In this document: piece by piece, positions 43,758 through 56,400 of the stretch
Numbering within the stretch: position 1 is the stretch's first letter
How the letters are laid out: each line of letters begins with the position of its first letter
NCBI GenBank assembly: GCA_004431415.1
Contig: QPMI01000209.1
Span: 1-64,000 of the forward strand
Source: Cyanophora paradoxa CCMP329
Taxonomy: Eukaryota > Plantae > Glaucophyta
DNA: 64,000 nucleotides
Reading direction: 5' to 3'
Made by a program: the position numbers and the translations under genes
The notes under the pieces: model-generated
Told to the model about the DNA's origin: nothing
What the model saw: only the letters and a program-made list of their open reading frames with translations
Databases searched by the model: none

Positions 43758-43923
43758 CGCGAAATGAGGCGGCTCGGACGCCGCGCTTGTTTGCGAAAAC
43801 GCGTATGGGTACGCCAGTACAAGTTGACTACTTGGATCAAATTCGGAGTTTGAGACTTAACTGCAAAATTCAGGGCTCGAACAGCCGGCTCGCTAACCTC
43901 AGTAAATCTACTTTACTACCCAT
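43758..43923 (-). repeat. A1 terminal repeat of the retroelement
   Basis: Identical to 38664-38829. Confidence 0.93.
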
Positions 43924-44114
43924 GAATAGCGTTACTTCAAAAAAGGCGCGCTGACGATGCAACGCGGGGCTTAAGCGATGTAGGCTGGCACAGCTGCAGC
44001 TGCAGCCCGTAGTACGAAATCTATCTGAGGTTTGAAACTACAAATTATAGATATATGCGAGTCGCAGGCCTAAGCGGCCGGCGCCTCGACGGCGGCGATG
44101 GCGGCGGGGGCGGG

Positions 44115-44246
44115 TCAGCGGGCGGCGGGGCCGGGGACGGGCTGGCCGTTGAGGGAGACCTGCGCGAGCGCCTGGTGCATGTTGTGCGTCGCCTGCGCCG
44201 GCCCCGAGGCGGGGCAGCCTTAGAAAGAGGGGAGGCCCGGGGGGAG

Positions 44247-44282
<36 letters not shown>

Positions 44283-47200
44283 GGGGGTGCCTGGGCCATG
44301 TGGAGCTGGTCGATGATCTTGCAGATGAGGCCTGTCCAGCCCGTCCTGCCGGCCCCCTGCGTCAGGGCCGGCGGCTCGGGTGCGGGCGGGGCGCACTGGT
44401 GGGAGGCCCCGAGGCCGGCCCCGTTGTCGGCGTGGAAGTACTGCCGCGGGCGGTAAGAGGCGAGGGGAAGAGGCGGCGGAGCAAGGACGGGGGCGGGGGA
44501 GCGGGCCTCGTAGAAGAGGATGTTGTCGCGCCAGAGCGGGTCGCTCTGGAACTTGTGCGCGCTCCCGAACACAGGCCGCCTGCCCCGCCGTGAGCCCGGG
44601 CCGGGCCGGGCGGGGGGGCGGGCGGGGGCACCGGTTGTTCGTGTCGAGGCGGAACATGGCGGCGAGGCGGCGCTGCACCTCCAGCGACGCCTCCCACAGG
44701 TTCACCATCTTCCCCGAGCCCTGCCCGCCCCGAGCTCAACGTCGGAGAGCCTCGGGGGGAGGGGGCGGGGGGCGCGCGCACGACGGGGCACTCGACGCGC
44801 AGCGTGTCGCAGTAGTAGAAGTCTGCCCGCGGGGCGGGGCGGGGCGGGGCGGTGGTGAGCGGCGGATACAGGCCGGCGCGGGGCGCCTCCTCCCCCCCTA
44901 ACCCGCCCCGCCCCGAGCTTCGTGCGCACCGAACTTCTGGAGGGACTCGACGAGGAGGTAGTTCAGGGGGTACCAGATCGGCCCGCGCCAGTTGCTGTTG
45001 CCTGCGGCCGCGACACCAGCAACAACGCCGTCTCAGCCCCAGAGCAGAGGAGAGCAGAGGCGAGCAGACAAGAGGGAAGGGGAGGGAGGGCACCGCCGAA
45101 CATGGAGGACTGGGACTCGGCCGGCTCGTACGCAATCTTGAACGTCGACTCGCCCACCTTCGCCCCCGCGGAGGGTGAGACGGGCGAGGGGCGAGGATGG
45201 GGCCCCGCCCCGCTCTGGGCGCACCGTGACCTCGAAGGGCTTGTGGGCGTGGAACTTGGAGAGCGAGCGGATGCCTGGCATGGGTCCCGGGTCAAGGGAC
45301 GGGCAGGCAGAGGAGGAGGCGGGGGGCGGGGGCGGGGCGGGACGGCGCACCATAGGCGGAGAGGAACTCGTTCTCGTCGAGCATGCGCCGCAGCAGCCGC
45401 ACCAGCCGCGCCTGCCCAGCCCCTCAGCTCTCGCACCCCGCTCCGCTCTGCTGGGGCGGGGGGGCGGGCCTTGGGGACGAGGGAGAGGAGGACGCGCTGG
45501 CCGCGCCCCTGCGCGTACGTGAAGTCGATGTTCCCCACCAGGTCCTGAGGGGGTCCTCGCGCTCAGCCGGGACGGGTGAAAGGGGGGGCAGCCGGCGCTG
45601 GCGGGCCTTGCGGCGGGTGATGAACCACTCCATGCGGCGCCGGAACTTGGGGAACTTCTCGAGCACGTCTGCGGGGGCGGCGTCGGGGGCGGGAGGGAGG
45701 CGGGAGGCGCGGGGGGGCGGCGCACCGGGCTCGATGGTCGTGACCGCCAGCATCGGCATGAGGCCCACCAGCGACCGCACCTGCGGGGGGAGCTCAGACC
45801 GAGGGGCGGATCCCGAGGCGGGGGCGGGGGCGGGGGCGGGCGGGGGCGGGCCTTGAGGTGCTGGGAGTGGCCGTGCTCGTGGCGGATCGAGTCGTAGTAG
45901 AAGCCGTCGGCCTCGTCCCACAGCCGCGGCCGCCCGTTCGCGTCCGTCTGAGGGAGAGAGAAAGAGTGAGAAGGGGCGGAAAGAATGAGAAGCGGGGCGC
46001 GCCTTGTTCATGGCCTCGGAGATGTACATGAAGTGCTCGAAGAACTTGGAGGCGGCGTCCTCGTACGCGGGGTCGTGCAGGGCGAGCTCCAGCGCGATCG
46101 AGAGCATGTTCAGGCAGTACATCGCCATCCACGACGTCGCGTCCGACTGGGGGGGGGAGTTCGTGTTGGGGGGGGGGGGGGGGTGGGGGGTAGAGGGGCG
46201 GCGCGCCTGCTCGAGGCGCATGCCGTTGGGGAGCTGCATGTTCCGGTCGAAGACGCCTGCTCCGTAAGCAAGTGAGAGGGCAGCGCGGGGGCGGCGGGGC
46301 GGGGCGGGGCGTGGCGGGCCGATGTTGTCGAGGCCGAGGAAGCCGCCCTCGAAGACGTTCGTGTTCTCCGCGTCCTTCCGGTTCGCCCACCTGCCGCCCC
46401 GCGGTTCAGCCCCGCCGCCCCGCGCCCGGCCGGGCCCGGGCTGGCGCGCCAGGTGAAGTTGAGGAGGAGCTTGTGGAAGACAGAGGCGAGGAAGCGCCGG
46501 TCCGCCCGCCCCGTCCGCTGCCGCAGCGTCAGCGGGGCCGAGGGGCGGGAAGGAAGGGGGGCGGGGAGGGGCACCTTCTGCTCGATCTTGTAGACGCGGT
46601 AGGTGGCCCACGCGTGCACCGGCGGGTTCACGTCCTCGAAGTTCCACTCGTACTGCGTCCGCGTTGGGAGGGATGAGGGCGGGGAGGCGGGAGGAGGGCG
46701 GGGGCGGGGGAAAGCGCACGGCGGCGAGCTGGCCGTTGGGGTGCATGTACCACTCGCGGACGAGGGTGACGAGCTGGTCCTTGGCGAAGTGCGGGTCGAT
46801 GAGCGCGATCGGCACCGTGTGGAACGCGCTGTCCCACGCCGCGAACCTGCCCGGAGAGAGGCTCGTTCACAAGGGGGAGGAGGGTGCCGCGTGGGAGGGG
46901 GGGGGGGGAACGCGCCAGGGGTACTCCCACTTGTCGGGCATGGAGAGGACCTCGGAGGCGTGGAAGTGCTGCCAGTTCATGTTCCGGCCCTTCAGGCGCG
47001 ACGCCGGCGGCTTCGGCATCCCTGCCCGCCCCGCGCGTCGCCTCGCCGCCGCCTCGAACGCGGGCGGGGATTCGCAATTGCGTACCCGGGTCGCCGAGGA
47101 GCCAGTCGCGGACGGAGTAGTAGAAGAACTGCTTGCTCCACATCATGCCAGCGAACGCCTGCGGGGTACACGGAGGGCGGTCAGGCAGGCCCATCTTAGA

Positions 47201-49713
47201 GAGGAGGGGGGAGGTACGGCACCTGGCGCTGGATGCGGGCGTCGTCCTCCGGGAGACCGGGGGTAACCTGTTCTCGGCGGTCCGCACATTCGAATTCGAA
47301 ACGAGGGCTGTTCGGGAGTGGGAGGGGAGGTACCGCGGCGTAGAAATCGTCGGCCTCTTGGCGGCGCGTGTTGAAGACCTGCACGCCGCGTACCCCGTCA
47401 GCCCCCCGCGGCCATTCCTCTACCCCCGACGGGCGGGGGGTACGCGCCTCGTCGAAGGCGGCGCCGAATGCGCGCTCGGGGGAGAGGTCCTTGTAGGGGT
47501 TCAGGCGCAGCCGGACCGTCTTCGACTCCCCGGGGCCCGCGTCCAGCCGGAACACCTGGGGGGGGGAGGGGGGGGGGGTAAGGGAAAGGTGCGGGGGGGA
47601 TAAAAGAGGGGTACGGGTGCGGGTCACCTTGGCGACCTTGGTGCCCTGGTTGTGGTCGACCGCCCCCTTGTTGCCCCGCACGATGTACTGCGGGGGGTAC
47701 CCCGTCACGAGCCAAACGGGGGAGGGGGTACGGCGGGCGCGCCTCGTGGAATCCGTCCTTGACGTGACCGTGGTGGTTGCGGCTCTTGTAGAGGCGCTGG
47801 TTGTTCGTCTGCGGCGGCGCGGGGCGATCCCGCTCAGACAAAAGGGGCCGCCGGGAGGCGGATCGGCGGGGGGGTACGGGGCGGGACCTCGTTCTCGGTG
47901 AAGACGTACTCGTCGCCGCCCTCGTAGTAGAGCCAGCGGGCCCCGTAGCGCTCCACACCTGCGGCGAGGTGAGGGGGCGGGAAGGGATGTGGGGGCGGGG
48001 GAGCGAGCTCGCCCTCGAGGGCGACGCAGTGGTCGGCGGCGCGGTGCGCGCGCGGGCGCCCCTTCTCCTTCTCGTACGCCCACGTGTTCCGGAACCACGT
48101 CTGGAGGGGGGAGATGAGTGGGGGGGAGAGGCGGGGGAGGGGGGCGTAGGCGTGCCTGGGGCAGGAGGGTGAGGCGGGCGGCCTGAGGCCCGCGGTTGGT
48201 CTGCGGAGGGCGCGCGGGTCAGGAGGCGGCGCCGGCTCCGGGCCGGCCCCGGGGACGCAGGGAGCGCACGGCGGTGATCTGGATGAGGATGTCCTCGGGG
48301 TCCGCCTTCGCGTACTCCACAACCACGTCCCAGTACCTGCGCCGCAGGGGAGCGGGGGGGGCGGGTGAGGGGCGCGGGGCGCGGGGGGCGCGGCAGGCAC
48401 CGGTTCTCGTTGAAGAGGCCGGTGTCGAGGAGCTCGAACTCGGGGTCCCGGAACGAGCGCTTCTTGTTCTCCGCCGCCAGCCGCTCGTACGGGAACTCCG
48501 CCTGCGGGTACCTGCGAGGCGTCGCGGGGGGTACGGCGGCGCGGGTGCGGGGGGGTACGCGATCCGCCGCACTTGTAGAGGAACTTCATGTACGAGTGCG
48601 TCGGGGTCGAGTCCAGGTACCTGGGGGGTACGGCGTTCAGGGACGGGGCGCGGGGTAGGGAAAAAGGCGGGCCGGGGGTACCAGTAGTACTCCTTGACGT
48701 CCTCGCCGTGGTTGCCCTCAGGGTTCGTCAGGCCGAAGAGGCGCTCCTGCGGGGTATGGGGTCTTTTTAAGAAGAAACGGGAGCGCAGGCGTGGCGGGGC
48801 GGGCCTTGAGGATGGGGTCCTTGCCGTTCCAGAGGGCGAGGGAGAAGCATATGAGCGCGTGCCGGTCGCAGATGCCGCCTGCGGTCGCGGGGGGCCCCGT
48901 GAGGGAGGCCCCGGTTCGACTCCGGCGGGGGCCGCACCGAGCCCGTCCTCGCCCCAGCGGTACGCCTTCGAGCGGCTCATGTCGTGCGTCTGCCGCGTAC
49001 CCCTCATGATCTGCTTTCTTGGGGAGGGGCGATGAGGAGGGGGGTACCACGAAGTTCCAGGCGTCGCCCTCGGCGGAGTAGTCCTCGCGGACGGTGCCCC
49101 ACTGGCGCTCACTGAGGTACGGGCCCCACCTGCGCCGCGCCGGATCCTAAGAAGGGGGGGGGAAGACCCAGGGGGGTAAGGGGGCACCGGTGCCAGATGG
49201 AGTTGCCCTCGGAGTTCTCGGCGAGGCGCTGGAACTCGCCGGTCTCCTCGTAGCCGGCGTTGGAGCCCCACTCGTCCTGGAAGTCCGCCAGCGCCCGGTC
49301 GCTCTGCGCGGCAGCGGCGGCGCCGGGGCGCGCGCGTGAGCCGGCCGCCCCGGGCTCGAGGCGGGGCGGGGCGGGCGCCGGGGGGGGGGGACCTCGACGT
49401 TGAGGAACTCCTCCTCGCACTGGCGCGAGTCGAGGCTGCGCATGGACATCGTGCGCCGCATCCCGTTCGCCAGCTGGATGTTCACCATGGAGCCCTGCCG
49501 CGAGCCGAGCCCCGGCGGCGGCGGCGGCGCCAGCGAGAGGCTCGCCAGCGTGGGCGCCCCCGCGCCCATCGAGAAGCTGTACGCGTTGTCGTTCCAGCTG
49601 AACGACGGGATCCGCGACACCGACGGCGAGGTCTTCTCCGAGCCCGAGGGGCCCGGCGCCCCGCCGTTGAGCGCGCCCTTCGGGCCCGGCGTCCCGGCGG
49701 CCGCGCTCTCCAT
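44115..49713 (-). CDS. GH63-like / MGH1-like glycoside hydrolase (YMR196W-type glucosidase), many introns; alternative start at 49755
   Basis: [46 protein letters not shown]|[56 protein letters not shown] and [15 protein letters not shown]|TGWTG. The last exon ends ...VPGPAAR*, with the stop at 44115-44117. Confidence 0.92.
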
Positions 49714-50496
49714 GCGCTGGTGGTCGCTGTAGACCCGCGGAATGGACGGCTTCATTGCGCGTGCTCCCGGCGCGGCTGATCGGCTGTGCTGCTGGATGGA
49801 GGGCGCGATCGCTCCCGGCCAACCCCGGTGTGGAAGGGGCGCGACGCTGAAGCCGAGCCTCGCGAGTCTAGAGCCGATCGGACCGGCTCCGAGCAGCAGC
49901 GTCTGCGGGAGTGCGCGCGACTTTAGCCGCGTGCGCCTCTTTGCGCGAGGCGGCTCTCGGTGGCTGGGCAGTATTCGCGCTTACCGGAGCTTTCAGTAGT
50001 CGCGTTGCGCAGCTTAGAGCCGTGCGCGATCGCCGCGCCCGTTTGTATCTGCCGCTCTGGGGTACACCGGTTCGTTTCGTGCGAGGGTCGAACCTCTCTC
50101 GTCTCATCGCGGGCGGGGCTCCGAGCCGTCAACGTCCCGTGTTCCTCGTGCTGGCGGAGCCTTCTGGATCGCGTATAGTTCAAACTCCGAATCAGCCATC
50201 AGCAGCTCGACTATCCGCAGCCCCGCCGACGCGGTACGCGCCGGGACGGCCTCAAGCCCGCAACATAACCAGGCGGTGCCAATTCCGGGACCGCGCGCGT
50301 GGCTGGATGGAGCGCGTGTTCGTGGCCTCAACGGCCGCTTAGCGTGAGCAGCTGGTGCCGCCTGCGAAGCAGACGTAGCGCGCTGCGGCGTGCTCTCGCT
50401 AGTTCAGCACCCGCCGCGACGGCGAAACCTCCGCTGCGGCCCCGAGGCGGAGCGCAGCAGCCAGCGTGACGCAGCAGAGCAGCAGGGCGGGCCGCG

Positions 50497-53400
50497 ATGG
50501 TGCAGCAGGAGAGCCCTGTACAGTGGTTCGACCGGGTCACGCAGGCCCGCATCGCGGGCGTCATCGGCCCGGGGCCGGGCCACGAGGAGGTCAAGATCTA
50601 TGAGAAGCACCAGCTGACCCGCCGGCGCACCGGCATCGCCTCTCCGAAGAAGTTCGACCTCGGCATCCCGCCGCACCGCGCGCTCTTCCTCCTCCGCCCC
50701 ACGCACCCCATCCGCGTCGTCTGCGCCGAGATCCTCCGCTCCCCGTGCGCCCCGCCCCGCCCTTCCCGGGCCCGCGCGGCGCGGGCCGAGGCGGAGCGGG
50801 CGGGCGGGCAGGCTGTACGGCTTCCTGAACCTGGTGGTGGTGATCATCGTGTGCGCCTCCATCGCCTCGCGCGGGACGGGCCCCGTCTGGAATGGCCTCG
50901 ACCTCGCCGTCGTGCGCCCCGCTCCGCCCGCCCGCCGCGCCGGACGCCCGCTCACGCCTTCACTCCCGTCCGCCAGACGATCTACTTCACCATCGAGGCG
51001 CGCCCCACCTCGCTCGCCCCCGCGCGCCCGCCCCGCCCCCCCCGCCGAGCCGGGGCCGCGCAGGTGGTCCTGAAGGTCCTCAAGCGGGGCCTGGTGCTGC
51101 ACCAGGGCTCCTACCTCCGGACGGCGTGGCACCTCCTCGACGTCGTCGTCACCGTCCTCGGATGGCTCTCCTACTTCACCGGCGTCCGTCCCGCCCCCCC
51201 CTCCCCCCTTCTCCCCCCCGGCCCCGGCGAGCGATCCCGTACCCCCCTCCCCTCCCCGCAGGTGAACAACTTCACGTCGTTGCGGGCTCTCCGCGTCCTC
51301 CGGACCCTCAAGTCCCTTGTCCTCCTCCGCAGTCCGCCCCCGCCCCGTACCCCCCGCCCCGTCCCCTTCCCCCCCTCACTTTCGGCGCAGCGGTGCGGAT
51401 CTTCGCGGAGGCGGTCCTCTCCTCCATCCCCATGCTCCTCCAGGTGCCGTACCCCCTCGCCTCCCCTCGTCCGCCGGAGCGGGGCCCTGAGGCGCCGCCT
51501 CCTCTCCCCGCAGTGCATCGTCCAGCTCGCGTTCTTCTTCATCATGTGGGCCCCTGCCGGTCCCCTGCCCGCCTCCGGGCCCCGTCTAACTCTTCTCCGC
51601 CCCCGCAGCTTCGGGATCGTGGGGACGGCGGTCTTCCCCGCATCCCTCCGCTTCCGCGCCGTGGACGGCCTCACCGGTGCCCCCTCCTCTTTCCTCCTCC
51701 TTCCGCCCGCCCGCTCGCTCACGCGTGCGCTCGCGCTCGCCGCAGGGCAAGTGCCGGCGGGGTGGGACCCCGAGTTCCCGCAGTTCATCTGCGGGGAGGC
51801 GTTCCCCCCCGCGCGCACCCCCGAGCCCGGCCTCGTCTGCGTGCACGCCGCGAACCCGACCTGGGGGTACACCAACTTCGACAACACGCTCTGGGTCTGG
51901 CTGCTCCTCTGGCAGTGCCTCTCGATGAGCCGGTGGACGACCTTCATGTACTGGACGTGGGACAGCCTGGGGGCGGGGGCCATCCTCTTCTTCTGGGCCG
52001 TCGTCATCTTCGGCTCGCTCCTTGTCGTCAACCTCACCCTCGCCGTCGTCCGCCCCGCACCTCCCCCCTCTTCCTTTCGTTCATCCGAGCAGCGCCTGAC
52101 CGGCCGGCGCAGCTGAACAACACGTACGCGTCGCTGGTGCAGCGGGACGCGGGGCTGGCGGCGCGGGCGCGCCAGGCCGGCGGCTCCTCCACCGGCCCTA
52201 AGAGCGCCGACGTCTCGGGGGCGACAACGCGCATCGGCCAAGCCCTCTTCCGCCTCCACACCTGGCTCTACAAGCGCTACGACCGCGCCGCCGACTGGAT
52301 CTACGACCGGCGCGCCCGCCCCGCCCGGCCCCTCCCCTCCCGAGCGACCGCCGAGACTGAGGCTGACGGGGGCGCGGGCAGGGCGCACTCTGACCTGGAG
52401 GCACTCCCCGCGTACCGCTACCGCGTGGAGAAGATCCTCGAGGGGAAGACCTACCGGCGCGCCCGCCCCGCCCCCTCATCTGCACCGGCCTCCCTCCCCG
52501 CCTGAAGCGCCGCCCGGCCGGCAGGTTCATGGTGGACACATTCACGTGGTTCGGCTGCATCCTCATCTGCTGCTACTACCCCGACATGCCCGACGGCGCC
52601 CGCACCGCCGTCGAGGTCCCGCCGCCCTCGCCCTCCCTCCCTCCGCGCCCCGCGCCTCCTCTCACGGCCCGCGCGGCAGGCGATGAACGTGGTGGCGGTG
52701 GGGGTGTATGCGGCGGACGCGGCGCTGCGGGTGTACGCGCGGGGCCCGCTCCGCTGCATGGTCCACTCCATGTCCGACTGCATCGACGTCACCGTCGCCG
52801 TCATGGGCCTCGTCCAGGTGCCCCCCCGCCTGTGCCCCGCTCCACGCGAGCCGCCTGACGCCGCCGGCCAGATCGGGATCAACCCGCCGGACCGGGCGGC
52901 CGGCGTGCGGGGCGGCTCGCCGCGGCTCTTCCTGTACCCCTTCCGGTTCTTCCGGCTGGTGCGGGTGGCGCGCTACTGCCGGTTCAGCAGCATGCGGGCG
53001 ATCACGATGGACACCGTCCGCTCCCTCCGCACCGTCGCCGGCTTCGTGCCGACCCTCCTCGTCTACATCCTCGTCTGCGCCCTCTTCGGCATGCAGCTCT
53101 TCGGCGACACGTACCCCCTCGACGAGCGCCCCCACTTCGCCTCCTTCTGGGACGGCGCCATCCTCTCCGTCTTCCGCATCCTCACCGCCGACCGCTGGAA
53201 CGAGGCGCGCCTACCCCCCTTCCCTATCATCCCCCCTCTTGACCCCCGCCGCCGCCTCGCAGACGATGTGGGCGGCGATGCGGTACAGCGGGAGCCCGTG
53301 GGCGGCCCTCTATTTCGTCCTCCTCCAGGCCATCGGCAACTGTGCGCGCGCGCCCCCGGCCCTCCCCTCCCCTCGCCCCGCAGCTCTCGTCTTTCGTCGT

Positions 53401-56400
53401 TCGACTCGACCCGCCCCGCCCCGCCCGGGCGCGCGTGCAGTCATCGTGCTGAACGGGCTGGTGGCGGTGCTCATCTCGTCGCTCTCCTCCTCGGAGAGCC
53501 GCAAGAAGGCCGAGGGGGAGCTCCTCGCCCTCAAGACCCGCGAGGCGCTGCTCCAGGGCGCCTTCCAGCCGCCCCCGCTCCGCTCCGGCATCCGCACCTT
53601 CGCCTCCCTCCCGGGCACCGAGGCCGGGGCCGGCGGGGTTGGCGCGGGGGGCGCCCCGCGGGCCCCGCCGACCCAGCGGGTGCCGCGCTCCGCGACGGGG
53701 CCGGCGCCGCCGCGGCGCGCCGTCGGCTTCGCGTCCCCCTCGGAGCCGGCGCTGGGCGCCCCCGTGCGCATGCGGGCCGGCCCGGGCCCCGGCGCGCCCC
53801 TCAACGCCGGCGGCGGCCCCGCCCCGCCCTACCTCGTCGACGTCCTCCTCTCCGACTCGCCTCAGGCGGCGCCCCCGGGGCCCTCCTCGCCCATCCCAGG
53901 GCCCCTGCCGACGCCCCCGGCCTCCCCTCCCTCCGTCTCCGCCCCGGCCCCGGCGTGGGCGCCGGCGCTGGGGCCGGAGCCCCTCACCCTCTTCCCCGTC
54001 CTCAAGCTCAAGCAGCCGGTGCCGCCGCGGACGGTCTCGTTCTCCTTCGCGGGGACCAACGGGGCGGCGGCCGCCGTGCCGGGGCCGCTGCCCCCGCGGG
54101 GCGGCGTGGAGGGGGCGCTGGCGGCCGGGCGCGCCCTCGCCGGGGCCCCAGCGGCGCTGGACCTGCACGAGATCAAGCTCTCGGGGGCGCCCCCGGGCCA
54201 GGAGGAGCCCGCCCGCCCCGAGCGCCCCGCCGAGCGCGCCGCCTTCGGGCCCTCCGCCTCCGAGTCCCGCCGCACCCGCCCCTCGGGCCCCGTCACCGCC
54301 GCCGGCCGGCCCGTCCCCGCGGCGGGGGCGGGGACGGGGGCGCAGAAGGGGGCGGCGCAGGGGCGGCCGACGCCGGCGTACCGCCGCGGCTCGATGATCC
54401 GGGACGCCTGGGGCGTGCCCCGCGTCACCGCCGGCTTCCACCTCCCCCTCTTCGTGCGCGGGGGCCCCCCGCCGGCCCGCCGGGCCCGCTTCGCCACTGG
54501 CCTGACGCCGCTCCGCCGCGCACGCAGGAGGCGACGCGGGGCCGGCGGACGTCGCTGCCGAAGCAGCCGTCGCTGCTGCGGAAGGCGCCGACGCAGGACT
54601 TCACGCGGGCCTCCTCGTTCGTGCCGTGGCGCGCCGGCTACTCGCTCTTCGTGTGGAGCCCCGAGAGCCCCGCCCGCAAGGCCCTCCGCCGCCTCATCTA
54701 CTCCTGGCCCTTCCACGCCGCCGTCCTCCTCGTCATCCTCGGCTCCTGCCTCACCCTCATCCTCGACTACCCCTCCAACCCCCGCCTCACCGTGCCCGCC
54801 TCGCATCCCCCCCCCCCTCTTTTTGTTCGGCGGCGCATGTACCCCCCTGCCCCGCAGGGCGTGCGCGTGGCGGACGCCGTGTTCACGTGCCTCTTCCTCG
54901 CGGAGGCTGCCCTCAAGATCCTCGTCCGTACCCCCCTCGCCTTTCGTACCCCCGGCCCCCCCGTTGCGAACCGGCGCGCCAGGCGCTGGGCTTCGTGCTC
55001 GACGACGGGGCGTACATACGGAGCCCGTGGCACTGCCTCGGTCCGTGCTCCTGCCCCCCGGAAGCGTGTCGGCTGCGCCCGCCCGCCCGCCGGGCGGCGG
55101 CTGAGGGCGGGGGCAGACCTGGCGGTGGCGATCGCGTCAGCGACGTCGCTGGGGAGCGTGGAGGGGGGCCCCGGGCAGCGCGCCGCCCGCGTCCTCCGCG
55201 TCTTCCGCGTCCTCCGGCCCCTCCGCCTCATCCGCCAGATCAAGGGCATCAAGGCCCGCCCCGGACCCGCCCCGCGGCCTTCGCCCCCCCTCTGACCCGA
55301 GGCGGTGCAGTTCGTGACGCTCTCGCTGCTGCGGTCAGTGCCCGGGATCGTGCGCGTCACGCTCCTCCTCTTCATCGTCTGGGGCTTCTTCGCCACCCTC
55401 GGCATGCAGGCCCGCCCCCGCCCCCGCCCTTGCCCCCCCACCCCTGCTCCCGCCCCCCTCTCACCCCGCCGGCAGCTCTTCATGGGCCGCCTCTCGTACT
55501 GCACGGACCGGACGGTGGCGACGCAGGCGGAGTGCGTGGGCACGTACCTCTCGGAGAGGGGCGGGCGGCCCCTCCAGCGCGCCTGGCGCCCCGCCGACTC
55601 CAAGTGCGCTCCGCCCGCCCGCCGGCAGCGCAGCGCAGCGCGGGCTGAGCCGCGGGGCGGCGCGCAGCTTCGAGAATCTGTCGACGGCGATGCTGACGCT
55701 CTTCGAAATGTCGACGCTCTCGAACTGGGTCGTCTTCATGTACAGGTGCGGGGGCGCGGGCCCGGGCGGGTGCGCTGAGGGTGAGCTCACCGCTGCGACG
55801 GGCGGCGCAGCGCGATGGACAGCACGGGGATCGGGACGGGCCCGCGCGTGAACGCCGACGTCGCCGCCTCCGTCTACTTCCTCGCCTTCCTCGTCTTCGG
55901 CGTTTTCGTCCGCCCCGCCCCTTCTCTCTTTTTGCTGCTGCTCTCCCTCTGAGCGGCGCGGCGCGCAGGCCGTGCTCAACTGGTACAGCGCCGTCATCGT
56001 CATGTCCTTCATCAAGACCCAGGTTCGAGCCCGGCCGGCGCGGATCGACTCCGCACGCCAGCTCGCCTCACTCGGGCCGGGTCGCAGGAGGAGCGTCGGA
56101 CGCGGCGGGAGCAGGAGCAGCGCGTGTGGGAGCCCGACTGGACGGAGGACGGGGGAAACCCGCGCCCGCCGCTCCCGCAGATGACGACGGACCAGAAGCA
56201 GTGGGCGCAGGTTAGACAACCTGCTGACACGCCTGCGCGGGCGCCGCGGGGCTGACACGGTGGGCGGCGGCAGGTGCTGCACGAGTCGCTGGCGCGGCCA
56301 CTGAAGCCGCGGATGAAGCGGGCGGGGCAGCACTGGCGCCGCGCCATCGGCGGCTTCCTCCGCCGCAAGTGGTCCGCCCCGCGCACCGCCGCGCGCCCCG

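Larger units (their letters stand above)
38429..43923 (-). mobile_element. Tyrosine-recombinase (DIRS-order) retrotransposon, Ngaro/PAT-like, split direct repeats A1-gag-pol-YR-B1-A2-spacer-B2
   Basis: A (166 bp) is identical at 43758-43923 and 38664-38829. B (130 bp) is identical at 38827-38956 and 38429-38558. Overlapping gag, RT/RNase H and YR ORFs. No methyltransferase domain seen after RNase H, and no LTR-type TSD. Confidence 0.95.

Noticed and set aside
48908-48935. tRNA T-arm-like CCGGTTCGACTCCGG
   Set aside because: No upstream cloverleaf; it lies within a short GH63 intron.
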